64,000 bases of DNA, from contig CAVVOB010000016.1 of NCBI GenBank assembly GCA_963749655.1, positions 64,001 through 128,000 on the forward strand, given 5' to 3'. Positions 1 through 10,154 of this stretch are shown here, in pieces; within the stretch, counting starts at the first letter, position 1; each line of letters opens with the position of its first letter. The notes under the pieces are model-generated. The model searched no databases and was not told where the DNA came from. It worked only from the letters and a program-made list of their open reading frames with translations. Both the position numbers and the translations under genes were made by a program. Origin of the DNA: Nitrospirota bacterium (GTDB taxonomy: Bacteria; Nitrospirota; UBA9217).

Positions 1-845
1 ATCGGGATCCACGGACATGCCGCCCGTGGTGATCAGCAGGTCGGCTCCGGCCTTCAGCAGTTCCCGCAGCCTGTCCACGATGAACGCCTTGTCGTCCGGC
101 GCATAATAAACGCCGACAAGCTCCCCGCCGACTCTCCTCGATCTTCTTCGTAATGACCGGCGCGAAGGCGTCCTTGATCCTTCCGTGGTAGACTTCGTTC
201 CCGGTGATCACGACGCCGACTTTGGGTCTGCGGATCTCTTTTACTTCAATAACGCCGCGGACATATTCTTTCGATTTCGGATTGCGAATTCCGCATTCCA
301 CCATGAACTATAAGCCGGAATTCTGAACTGTCGCGCAATTCTCACCGCCTCATCCACAATGCTCTTCTTAACCACCAGCGGGATCGCCCGCGTTCCCGCC
401 ACGGTCTGTCCCTTTCTTCACGACCGTATTATCATGCAGCGTCGCGCACATTACGTCGCCGAGCATATTGAATGCAAGGAGTGCTTCGCGGTCGATTTTC
501 AGCAGCCCGTCACGTTCAGCGATGATGCTGATCTTGCCTTCTTTCGGCTCGCCTTTGATGGCCACGCCGTCGTCCCATAAGCGCCTTGCGCGATGGCATA
601 GGCGGCGTCGTTCTCGTGCATTTCGTCGTCGGCAACCTGCAGCACAAAGAGATGCTCCTTGCCGAGCCGCTGGAGGTGACAGACGTCCTCCTGCCTGATG
701 ACATGGCCTTTTTTGAAAGCCCGCCCCTTGAACTCGCCGGGCCGTATTTCCGTGATGTCGTGGGCCAGGACCGTGCCCACGGCCTGTTCGACCGGAATCG
801 CTCTTCATGTTCGATACCGCCGCTTTCATGTGCATCATCACACAT
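1..845 (-). CDS. Molybdopterin-binding (MoCF_biosynth domain) protein, 3' end runs off the window; frameshifted in this assembly
   Basis: Joined frames read IPVEQAVGTVLAHDITEIRPGEFKGRAFKKGH...GEPKEGKI...GDVMCATLH...GTRAIPLVV...VITGNEVYHGRIKDAF...LLITTGGMSVDPD; SD GGAGG upstream of ATG 845. Confidence 0.8.
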
Positions 846-1205
846 GGGAACCTCCCTTGAATATTTTCTTGAATCTCTTATCCACGACCTCCTGGATGCC
901 CTTTTCCAGCGCATCGTATTTTTTCAGGAACTTCCGCGCATCAATCGTGAGCGTAGCGCCTCCGCCGTTCTTTCCGCCGGTTTGCCGATCGACCAGCTTC
1001 ACGCCGAGCCGTTCTTCCATGGCCTTGATATGACCCCATGCCTTGCGAAAGGAAATATCCACTTCCTGCGCCGCCCGGTTGATCGATCCGTGGGTGTCTA
1101 TGGCCTCAAGGAGAATAGCGCCTGCCCCTGCCGAAGACAGGCTCGCCGCTCGACTTCGATCCAGATCTTCGATCTGATCTCAAGATCGTTATGACTTTTC
1201 CGCAT
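838..1205 (-). CDS. ModE-like winged-helix molybdenum-responsive regulator (no MOP domains); frameshifted
   Basis: LEIRSKIWIE..GEPVFG.GR..LLEAIDTHGSINRAAQEVDISFRKAWGHIKAMEERLGVKLVDRQTGGKNGGGATLT matches the ModE N-terminal HTH pattern. Confidence 0.8.
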
Positions 1206-1209
1206 AACG
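1187..1209. promoter_or_regulatory. ModE-box-like palindrome CGTTATG-N9-CATAACG
   Basis: Perfect 7-bp inverted repeat over the start codon of the ModE-like gene; resembles known ModE operators (CGTTAT...ATAACG). Confidence 0.55.
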
Positions 1210-1824
1210 CACCGCCATCAGAATTGGTCGAGTTTGATCACCTCGTATATAGCCGCCCCTGGCACAGGGAGCGCACAGCACCCTTGCCGTCCCGGTAGAC
1301 CTCCCTCATATCCTGGACATGCTCGCCGCAGGAGTCGCACTGCACTCTGCGCATCGGTCTGCCCGGCATGTCCTCGGGGCGCACCTTGACGGTGACTTCC
1401 ATTACGTCGAAAAGTTCTTCATCGGTCATGACCTTGTACGCCTCAAGCTGTGCCGCATATTTGTTCTCAATCTCGGGGAAGTATTCCTTTGCCTTCTCGC
1501 GCGAATCCTCCCGGGCGACGACCCGCATCGCCTGACCGGTTTTGAGATTCAGGTAGGTCGCCGCCATCTTGCCGTAATCCATGAATTTCATGCTTCGCTT
1601 GCCGAGACTGCACCCGTGACGGACTGGACCGCATCGGTGGCGCACCGGTCCATCTCGACGAACACGATGAGACTTTTCCTGTCCGCTCCCTTCGGATCGC
1701 TGATGCCGATTTCCCGGAGGCCGAGCATGGACATGCGGACGCCGAGCACCTGGCCGGCGCAAAGATGCCCATGGATTCTTACCGATTCGCTCAGCAGAGA
1801 CTCAAAATCCGACTTTATTCCCAT
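1189..1824 (-). CDS. FmdE family protein with C-terminal zinc finger; frameshifted
   Basis: [14 protein letters not shown]...EMDRCATDA...[19 protein letters not shown]...[13 protein letters not shown]...LCAPCA. Confidence 0.8.
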
Positions 1825-1869
1825 AATAAGTTGTTCCCCATTCGCTGAAAATTTGCTTATTTTTGTCCG

Positions 1870-2891
1870 TTACTGCATCAGCTGTAAAGCATCGTCATGG
1901 CAAACATAATGTTCAAAAAAATTTTTGCCGAAGAACCCGTACGAAACAGTCGCTGCATCAACCGGGCAGAAATCGCTGCACAGACCGCATCCGGTGCATA
2001 AGGAAGAATTAAATAGCAGACCGGGGTCTTCCGCGTCTTTCTTGATCTTGAGAGCGCCGGTGGGACACATGCCGATGCAGGCATAACAATTATTACAAGA
2101 CGGTCCGGTTTTTACCGTGAAAGCATAATTGCGCAAGAGGTCAGTGACCGCATTGCCGTCAGCAAGCCTCCTCACGAGGGCATTGAGTATGGTTCGCGCT
2201 TCAAAGGAAGTCTTTTCTCCGTATACGACACGGGTCTTTCGACGTCTTCTTTGTCGATAACCCCGGCAATCTGTGTAAAGCCCATTGTCTTGAGCGTCTG
2301 AAAAAAACCCCTCCGGTCCAGGGAAACATCCTCAAAAATCAGGTCCGCTTTGTTTTCAACCACTATGATTTTTCCCCGACATCGAGGGATATTTTCGTTC
2401 CGCGCGCTTTGAATGCGTTCTTTGAGCATTGCAACGATAAACGAGTTCCTGCATGTCTCCGCAAGCGGTCAGGTTGAGGTACAGCGGCTTGTTGAGATAT
2501 TCCGTTAGCGCAATTAGATGCAGCTCCGACAGAAAGCCCAGACAGCCGGTTTTTTCGTGGGCTTCCGTGTCGCGGCCTTGTTTGCAGCCGAGCACGGGAT
2601 GCGGGACGGAATTCTGGATTTTTCTCAACTTGGAAAGAAGGACGAAAAAATCCACGTCCGGGACAATAAAACAGCCCGATGGGCACTCGGACACGCACAC
2701 CATGCACTCCGTGCACTTTCCCGCGTCAACGGCAATGCAGCCGTCGATGGATATTGCCCCGCTCCTGCAACTTGCGGTGCATATCGAACAGGTGCTTTTA
2801 TTAAAACGCATTCTTACGCAACGCGACCTGTCCGCTGAAATCAGCGGATCGGCGGTGCTTAAGGCCGTATGATGATCTTGTCCTGCAGCAT
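1870..2891 (-). CDS. Polyferredoxin (4Fe-4S binding) accessory protein of the arr operon; frameshifted
   Basis: CSICTASC, CTECMVCVSECP, CNNCYACIGMCP and CTGCGLCSDFCP motifs across ORFs 2356-2811, 2172-2429 and 1870-2175. Confidence 0.8.
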
Positions 2892-2901
2892 TGTTTATAT
2901 A

Positions 2902-3571
2902 TTAAACTCGCGCCAAGCTTTCCCGCAGCTCTTCCGGCATCGCGCAGCGATCAGTTTTCGACATAAAAACCGACAGGCAGTCGGCAAGAGCCTGATAAAA
3001 CGCGTTTTCCGTTCCCACTTTTATCTTTTCGCAGAAGGGAATGACCCATCCGTCCAAAAACGTCCGCCGGAAGGATTCCTGTCTGTTCAGAAAATAAGCG
3101 GCCTTCTTCCTGTCGTTTTTCTCAAGGGCTTCGACTTCATGGTATGCAAGATAATACATGAATTCCATTTCCGCCGTGATATGGTCCGGCAGATTTTGAA
3201 ACTGTTCGTCCATCGACAGGCCTTCCGCCTTGTAGAATTCCATGACCCTGGCCGTGGACTCGCCCATCACTTTTCTGCCCTCTTCCAGATATACGGAGCC
3301 GTACGGAGGAGCCAACAGCTCGTTAGGCCCCACAAAGAGCCGCGCGTACTCCACCAGCAGTTCCTCGTCTTCGTATTGCACTGCGGACGTTGCTCATTTT
3401 ATCCGAAAACACCGCCGCGTCCGGGCATACACGGTTCAGCAGATCACCGAGGACTGTAAAAACGTTCTCATCCAGGTACAACTTTTTTTGCGGCTGATAA
3501 AAACAGGCTGCAAGCAGTTTATAACAATCTCGCCGCGCCCGCTCGAATTCCATGAATTGTTCGATATCCAT
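2902..3571 (-). CDS. arrD: TorD/DmsD-family molybdoenzyme maturation chaperone (ArrD-like); one frameshift
   Basis: EYARLFVGP...APPYGSVY...LPDHITAEMEFM signature; position directly after arrAB. Confidence 0.8.
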
Positions 3572-3604
3572 GCAGCACTCTCAATTCTTTAGAGTTTCAG
3601 GAAT

Positions 3605-3650
3605 ATGGAGCGATGGGGACCGGTCTACTACCGGTCTCCCATCACTCCAT
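3605..3650. other. Strong intercistronic stem-loop between arrB and arrD
   Basis: ATGGAGCGATGGGGACCGGT-ctact-ACCGGTCTCCCATCACTCCAT; no U-tract on the minus strand. Confidence 0.65.
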
Positions 3651-3664
3651 GATGCAATGAGTAT

Positions 3665-4464
3665 TTACGCTTTACCGGCCGCAGGCTTGTAGCTCCTGAC
3701 GTAAAACACATTAGGCTTCGTGCTTTTTTCACCGGCCTTCAAAAGCTCGCCCTTGTTGTTCTTGAGCTGGACCGGCTTGTGCTTCTTGAGGACCTGGCTG
3801 ATCTCGCTGTTCGGATCGTCCTGATCGCCGAAGATGCGGGCCTTTGCCGGGCAGGAAACCACACAGTACGGCTGCTCGCCCTTCTTCACCCGGTGTTCGC
3901 AGAATATGCACTTCTCCACAATGCCGCTCCTCCGGACACTCTCATATTCCGGATGTTTGTAGAGCGTGCGGTGCGGAGGTGTGTCCCCTGCCGTTTTGGA
4001 CACCTCCGCGCCCGAGGAGGTGCAGCCGGGAATCATCTCCTTCGTGTCCTGGTAAAACGGATGTGTCGTGCCGCCGTGGGCGTTGAAGCTCAGCACACTG
4101 TATGCGGCCTTGTTCTTGTCCACGTCCGTGGTGCTGTAGGGACAGGCACGCTGGCAGTTCTGGCAGCCGATGCACCGTTCGTCGTTGTGCATGGTAATGC
4201 CGTCGGCGCGTCTTGAACATCGCCTTGGGCGTCACCGGGCAGGCCTTCACGCAAGGGGCGTCGGTGCAGTGATTGCAGAGCACCGGCATTGTGCTGGCCT
4301 TGACGTTCGGGAACTTCCCTTCCTCTTTCATGATGTAATCGGCCCAGTTGAAGGTCTGTCCGTCAGCCCTGTCCTGGGTATTATTCTCTGTCTTGCAGGC
4401 GATGGCGCACGCGCCGCAACCCACGCATTTCTGCAGATCTATGACCATTCCGATATTTAGGCAT
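3665..4464 (-). CDS. arrB: Respiratory arsenate reductase Fe-S subunit; frameshifted
   Basis: MPKYGMVIDLQKCVGCGACAIAC, CNHCTDAPCVKACP, CIGCQNCQRACP, CIFCEHR..PYCVVSCP give four 4Fe-4S clusters; immediately downstream of arrA. Confidence 0.88.
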
Positions 4465-4482
4465 GTATCGTCTCCTCCTTTC

Positions 4483-7100
4483 CTATATCTTTTCGATCTT
4501 GACGCCGGTGAAGCCGCCGTTGCGGGCAGTGGCCCCGCTCAAACGATCGTAGTCGTCAACGAGCAGCTCGTTATTGTTGCCGCCGCGCGGTTGCGCCTTG
4601 GCGTAATCCTTGGCAGCCACACGGCCGTAGGCCCAGTGACCCTGGCCGTAGCACTTGGCGATCGTGCCGGGGCGCACCCCTTCCCACAACTTCGCCTTGG
4701 TGACGATGGAGCCGGTGGTGGAGGTAAGGCGGATTGTGTCGCCGTTCTTGATCCCCAGTTTTTTGGCGTCGCTCGGGTTGATCTTGGCCACGTCGTCCCA
4801 GCTCACGTCTCCCTGGTCCACCTTCTTGAACTCGTGGTACCAGGTCGTATTCTGGCTCCGGCCCTCCCGGTTGAGCCTTGACTTGTAGTCGATGAAGGTA
4901 AAGGGATATTCCTTGTCGCTGCCGTGACGCTTGGGCGACTCGTAGTGGGGCACAAACACCAGCTCGCCCTGGGCCTCGTACCCGCTCCCCTTCAGTACCT
5001 CGTCGATGGTGGTCTTATTTTTCTCGGCAAACAGGGTGAGGGTTTTCTTCAGCGTTTCACTGTAAAACTCGAATTTCTTGGTCACCGTCTTGAACTTGCC
5101 CTCGAACTTTTTGGTCTCGGGGTTGTCCTTGCCCCAGTTCTTTTTGTAGGCATAGGTTTCGGAGTTGTAGATCCCCTTCTTTTTGAAGTCCTCCCAGCCC
5201 GCGAGTCTGGTCGCCCTTCATCTTTTCCTTGCCGTTCCAGACCTTCTGACTGGAGATTTTGGCGGCGATTTCGGCGAACTCGGCGGCGTTAAGCGGCTTC
5301 TTTTTGGTTTCCGGGTCTTCAAAGGAGGCGTAGTAGTCAAACAGATTGGCAAAGCCTTTGGCTTTCAGCTTCTCGGCCAAGCAGCCACATGACCTCGGTT
5401 TCCTCGGCCTTGGCCTGCCAGAGCGGCTTGATCACCGGCTGCTGAATGGATATATGTCCGTGCAGGTTGGCCATGTTGCCGACAATGGAGAGCTTCTCCG
5501 CCGGGGGCAAACGTGGCCGGCAGGACGATGTCGGCATACTGGGTCATTTCCGAGGCGTTGGTGACCATGTGCACGAAAAACGGCATCTTGGCCATGACCT
5601 TTTCCCAACGCTGGGAACCGGTAGCTGAGAAGACGAAGTTGCTCCAGGTGCTGAGGAACACCTTGATGGCCCCCGGGTCCTTCAGCAGGGCGTTGGCCAC
5701 GTTGTTGGTGACCACACCGGCCATGGCGCTCTCCGTTTCCTTTCCGTCCTTGTCTTTCTTTTTCTCAAAGCCGCCCAGGATGGCAGGCATGTCCTTGGCG
5801 CCGCGGCCGTCGATCTTTTTGCCGTGGCCATGATGCTTGGCAATTTCATCAATAAATGCGTCGGGCTTCGGGAATTTTTCCACCGGCGCGCTGGAGCTCT
5901 GCATGACGCCGCCCTCGGTATCGATGGAGCCCAGAATTCCGTTCAGCGCATAGACCGCCATGGCGGCATAGGTGCCGCGGGGCGTCATGGCCACACCGGG
6001 ACCCATCCAGACGGATGTGGCGGACCCGGCCTTGCCCATGGCACGGGCCACGCGGATGATCTGATCTTTGGGGATCAGGGTCTTTTTAGCGGCCCAGGCC
6101 GGGGTCTTGTCCTTCAGTTCGATATTCCACCACTTGACCACGCCGTGGGTCTGCTTCTCAACAAAAGCGGCCTCGTCAACGGTCTTACCGGCCTTGAAGA
6201 GGTTCTTGCCCTCTTTGAAATCGCCGACGAATTCCTTGCTCCACATCCCTTCGGTCATGATGACATGAGCTAGGGCCGCGGCCAGGGCGCCGTCCTCACC
6301 CGGTTTGATGGGGAGCCACTCGTTGGCCTTGGCAGCCGAGGTGGAGAGGCGAGGATCAACGGCGATTACCGTACCGCGATCGAAAATGTCGCCGAATTTG
6401 ATTGATGGCGTTGGGCACCTGTCGGTTGGAGCTGAGCGGGTCGCTGCCCCAGATCACCAGGCAGGTGGTCTTGGCCAGATCGTAGTCCCGGTAGCCGAAG
6501 AAACCCTGGGTGTAACCGGGCCCCATCTTCTCCGCCTCGGCGCAGATAGCGCTGTGGGAGAAGTAATTGGGAGTGCCGTAGATCTTGGGCAGTGTGCCGT
6601 AGAGCAGATCGGTGGAGGTCGGAGGAGTAGCGGCCGCGCATGTACATCAGCTTTTCCGGTTCGTTGGCCTTGCGCAGTTCCATCATCTTGTCCGCGACGG
6701 TGTCCAGCGCTTCGTCCCAGGTGATAGGGACGAACTTGGGATCGATGCCACGCCCCTTTTCAGGGTTGGTGCGCTTCATGGGGACCTTGATCCGGTCAGG
6801 ATCGTAGACCTGCTGAAGCATCAGGTGACCGCGCGGGCAGCAGTAGCCGTTGTTGGCCTTGCTGAGCTGGTTGCCGCGCACCTTGACTGCCCGGCCCGCC
6901 TGCACAAAAAACTCGACCGGACACCAGGCAGTGCAACCCTGACAGGTGGAGGGTATCCACTCGCCCGGTGCCGTATGCCGCCGATGGCCTTTTCTCCGCT
7001 CCTTGTCGGCGGCAAAGGCATTGAGCGACAGCCCTCCCAGCGCCGCTACTGCTCCGGCGGCAACGCTCACCTTCAGAAAATCCCTTCTCTTGATCCGCAT
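4483..7100 (-). CDS. arrA: Respiratory arsenate reductase catalytic Mo-bisPGD subunit; several frameshifts in this assembly
   Basis: Tat signal KRRDFLK...AFA; CQGCTAWC-x27-CPRG Fe-S motif; ArrA-type (R/K)GRY motif (MRGRYS); FSHSAICAEAE Cys-ligand motif; C-terminal YKSRLNREGR...GQGHWAYG...RGGNNN. Confidence 0.92.
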
Positions 7101-7357
7101 GCTGCCTCCTTATAGTGTCGGTTGAACAAAAGAATCCTTTTAAATTTCGTCGGTGCAATTAAGGTCAAACATGCTTTCAGCGTCGCTCCATCGTTGCCTG
7201 CTTCATCGCATGGTACGTCCTTGCCGCTCAATGCGCGTTTGAATCCCCCGATTGCCTCGCCGATCCCTTTGCCGAGCCCCGGCAGACGCGAAGATCCGAA
7301 GAGCAGCAGCACGATCACGAGAATGATCACAATTTCGGGCATTCCCAATCCGAACAT
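7073..7357 (-). CDS. tatA: Twin-arginine translocase TatA/TatE subunit
   Basis: MFGLGMPEIVIILVIVLLLFGSSRLPGLGKGIGEAIGGFKRAL; SD GGAGG; 3' end uncertain. Confidence 0.85.
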   Translation of the reverse strand: MFGLGMPEIVIILVIVLLLFGSSRLPGLGKGIGEAIGGFKRALSGKDVPCDEAGNDGATLKACLTLIAPTKFKRILLFNRHYKEAACGSREGIF

Positions 7358-7642
7358 GGTTCGCCTCCGTTGCGGACGATTAAATAATAGCCGTTCTCCA
7401 GCAGCATTATGAAAAATATTTCAAGTAGGCGCGGTTCCTCTTTCTGGAATATCAGATTCACATACAGACAGGTTGACTGCAAAAATGAAGACGGGACTTA
7501 CAGCATAACTGTTTTGGCACTTCTGCGTATCCTTTCCTTCGAAAAAGAATAATGCGAGGCCACAACACACTGCTGTACCGCTGATGAAATGGCACTAAAT
7601 GATGACGGGAATAAATTGAATAACTAAGGACGGGCAGACTTC

Positions 7643-7671
7643 ATTGTAGATAAATATCCCGACTCTGTCAA
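7643..7671 (-). promoter_or_regulatory. Sigma70-type promoter for the tatA-arr operon
   Basis: TTGACA-N17-TACAAT on the minus strand. Confidence 0.65.
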
Positions 7672-7971
7672 ACAGTAATTCGGATTTGACCGGGATTTTT
7701 TTAAATATTCATTTATGCACAGATTGCTGCACTTAGTTCAGTTTCACTTTATTCCTCTCCGGTCTGTGTACAACACCCTGCGGTTCTAAACTACTTTCCA
7801 ATACAAACAAGCAGTAAATTTATGAAGCAGGACGGACACCTCCCTTGGATACACTTGAAACACTCGCGTATGTCAACGTTGATCATGATATACTTAGTTT
7901 TTGAATATTGACTTCTCTGCAGAATCTGCTCACAGTGAACTGACGCCCGTTTGTTCCGGGAAAGACCCTTT

Positions 7972-8658
7972 ATGCAGACGTACATCGAAGTCTTCCTCAT
8001 CGGCCTTCTCGGAAGCATGCACTGCATCGGTATGTGCGGCGGTTTTGTTGCCCTGTACTCGCTCAAGAAGCCCGGTGGAGCTACACTGTTATCCCATCTT
8101 GTTTATAATGCGGGCAGGATAACGACGTATTCCCTGCTTGGGGGCGTTCTGGGAGCTTTGGGTTCGTTCTTCGCCTATGCGGGCAGACTCCGGGGAATTC
8201 CGGCATCGGTGCTGTTTCTCGCGGGCTTCACCATGATCGTGATGGGCCTGAACCTCTTCGGCATTCTCGGAAAACGCGGATTTTTCGAGCAGGCCGATAT
8301 TACGAAGGTCCCGGCGTTCCGCAGACTCTTCAGCCGCGTGCTGGCGTTCGAAAGCAGGACAGGAGTTTACCTTTTCGGACTTCTGCTCGGATTCCTTCCC
8401 TGCGGTCTGCTCTATCCTGTTTTGATCACCGCAGCCGCAAGCGGAGGTTTCTTGCCCGGGACACTTACCATGGCGGCTTTCGGCCTGGGAACCGTGCCTG
8501 TCCTCATAACGCTGGGACTGATGGTAAGCCGTATCAGTCCCTTTCTCAAGTTGTTCCTGCTCCGCCTAGCTGCGATCCTCATCATCGTCATTGGTATCCG
8601 CACCGTTCTCCGCGGTCTGTCGTTTTCCGGGCTGATACCACAGGGCAGGTTCTGGTAG
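7972..8658 (+). CDS. TauE/SafE-like / DsbD_2 membrane protein
   Basis: GLLGSMHCIGMCGG...YNAGRITTY...GLLLGFLPCGLLY...MAAFGLGTVP. Confidence 0.85.
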   Translation: MQTYIEVFLIGLLGSMHCIGMCGGFVALYSLKKPGGATLLSHLVYNAGRITTYSLLGGVLGALGSFFAYAGRLRGIPASVLFLAGFTMIVMGLNLFGILGKRGFFEQADITKVPAFRRLFSRVLAFESRTGVYLFGLLLGFLPCGLLYPVLITAAASGGFLPGTLTMAAFGLGTVPVLITLGLMVSRISPFLKLFLLRLAAILIIVIGIRTVLRGLSFSGLIPQGRFW

Positions 8659-8926
8659 GCTCTCAACGGGGTGGCGTAGCAAGCTTCCGCAAAATTCCTC
8701 CGACATTTTTTCCTTTCTTAACACCGCCGAAATCTACGGCAGCTATGGAAGAGGCAAAAAAATATCGATGCCGGTTGAATAAGCCCTCAATAGGTGCGAC
8801 GAAGGCACGGAAGATGAGATCGACTCAACGAAGGAAGAGAAGAAACTGATCGAAACGGAAGCGAAAAATGCTGGCTGAAGAAGCGGTTCAGAAAGAGCCT
8901 GTTTGTTCACGCTGCTCAGATCACGA

Positions 8927-8960
8927 AACCATCCTCCGTAATTTACGGAGGATGGTTTTT
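8927..8960. terminator. Bidirectional intrinsic terminator
   Basis: AAACCATCCTCCGTAA-T-TTACGGAGGATGGTTTT between convergent genes. Confidence 0.75.
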
Positions 8961-9559
8961 TATATCCAGACTACTTTTGCGAAATCCTGCATGCCCTCTA
9001 CAATCTGGTTCGTCGTGCCCCGGCTGCCTACCTTCAAGTCTGATTCGAGATCGTAGTGCTTGAGACAGGTGCCGCAGGAATAAACCTCTACGCCGAGACC
9101 GGAAATTTCCTTCAGCACGGCGACGGTTTCATCGTTGATCGTGGTCAATTTAACGCCTGCATTCAGAAAAAAAATCGTGTGCGGCATCTGTTTGTAGACT
9201 TTCATAGTATCGAAAAAACCTTTTATCAGTTTTTTACCGAGCTCTTCATCCTTGCCGAGGCTGTCGGTCCCGATGATGAGCAGAAGGCCTTTTTTGTCTT
9301 CTTGAGACTCCGCATGACCCCTTCCGAATTCCGCATTCGATCTGCAAGTGTATCCCTTCACGACCTTTACTTTCCAGTCCTTCCCTTCCCTCGTCGTTTC
9401 GGCGAACAATCCGTTCTGCGCCGCATATCCCGCGACATTGAGCGCCGATTCCTCATTGTCCACAAGGACCTCGATAATTCCCTCGCCGAGCCCGGCGAGC
9501 GCCTGCTCGGTCATCATAACCGGAATGGGGCAGCTTTTTCCTCGCGCGTCAATTTGCAT
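8960..9559 (-). CDS. yedF: YedF-like sulfurtransferase / selenium metabolism protein (TusA + DsrE domains)
   Basis: IDARGKSCPIPV (TusA CPxP)...FFLNAGVKLT...YSCGTCLKHY. Confidence 0.8.
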   Translation of the reverse strand: MQIDARGKSCPIPVMMTEQALAGLGEGIIEVLVDNEESALNVAGYAAQNGLFAETTREGKDWKVKVVKGYTCRSNAEFGRGHAESQEDKKGLLLIIGTDSLGKDEELGKKLIKGFFDTMKVYKQMPHTIFFLNAGVKLTTINDETVAVLKEISGLGVEVYSCGTCLKHYDLESDLKVGSRGTTNQIVEGMQDFAKVVWI

Positions 9560-9806
9560 ATACATACCTCCTGTTGATGGCGTCGGATTTCAAGATCAAA
9601 GCAGCAGGGATGTTAAAAACATGATTGGTCCCGCTGACGGACGGTGCCGTGTAATTGAGACCGCTCATTTGGATCGAAAGAAGAAGGAAGGCACCGGAAA
9701 TTCCGCCCATGGAGGTACAGAACAATATGGCCATCGCAACAAGGGGAGGGATAGGGATATTTGCAGTCACTCCGGAAACAGGGAACGTCATCGTCAGGAA
9801 GTCCAT
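9549..9806 (-). pseudogene. Truncated N-terminal fragment of a TauE/SafE (TSUP) transporter
   Basis: FPVSGV...PPLVA...TSMGGISGAFLLL...APSVSGTNHVFNI, then it runs directly into yedF; only about 85 codons of a family normally several times longer. Confidence 0.6.
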
Positions 9807-9884
9807 ATGTTTTACTCCTCCTGTCAAATGAGCAAGGTACTCACCACTCGCGCGTTACTTTAGCAAAGATTCTTCGGCCTGGCA

Positions 9885-10112
9885 ATGAAAAAAGGCTCTG
9901 AGACCACGGTGGTTCTGCACGACGGCGGGTCGTTCACCTTTCAGGAGGCCACGATCGCGAACCTGGTGCGGGCCTACATCACGTTCAAGACCCATCCGAA
10001 GCAGCAAAAAATGGTTTGTCCGGCAGGAAACTCGATGATCGAAAGGCAGGCTATGCAGAATGGCAGCTCGTCGAGGATCGATCACCGCGGGAATGAGGGA
10101 TGCGCCTGCTGA
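9885..10112 (+). CDS. Hypothetical protein or gene fragment
   Basis: 75-aa ORF with protein-like composition (FQEATIANLVRAYITFKTHP); no family recognised. Confidence 0.35.
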   Translation: MKKGSETTVVLHDGGSFTFQEATIANLVRAYITFKTHPKQQKMVCPAGNSMIERQAMQNGSSSRIDHRGNEGCAC

Positions 10113-10154
10113 ACGGGTATGCTGAGCTGAAATCAAAGGAGATTCCGGAGACGG

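Noticed and set aside
7520-7565. GCCTCGC...GGAAAGG resembling the 3' end of the Moco RNA motif
   Set aside because: Only a weak partial match, the upstream stems are not evident, and it is far from the start codon. An Infernal search is needed.
7515-7600. TGGCAC motifs as sigma54 promoters
   Set aside because: There is no TTGC at the required -12 spacing, and they point away from the arr operon.
4483-9559. Selenocysteine recoding in ArrA or YedF
   Set aside because: The catalytic positions are TGC (Cys), and I saw no in-frame TGA at conserved Cys sites.
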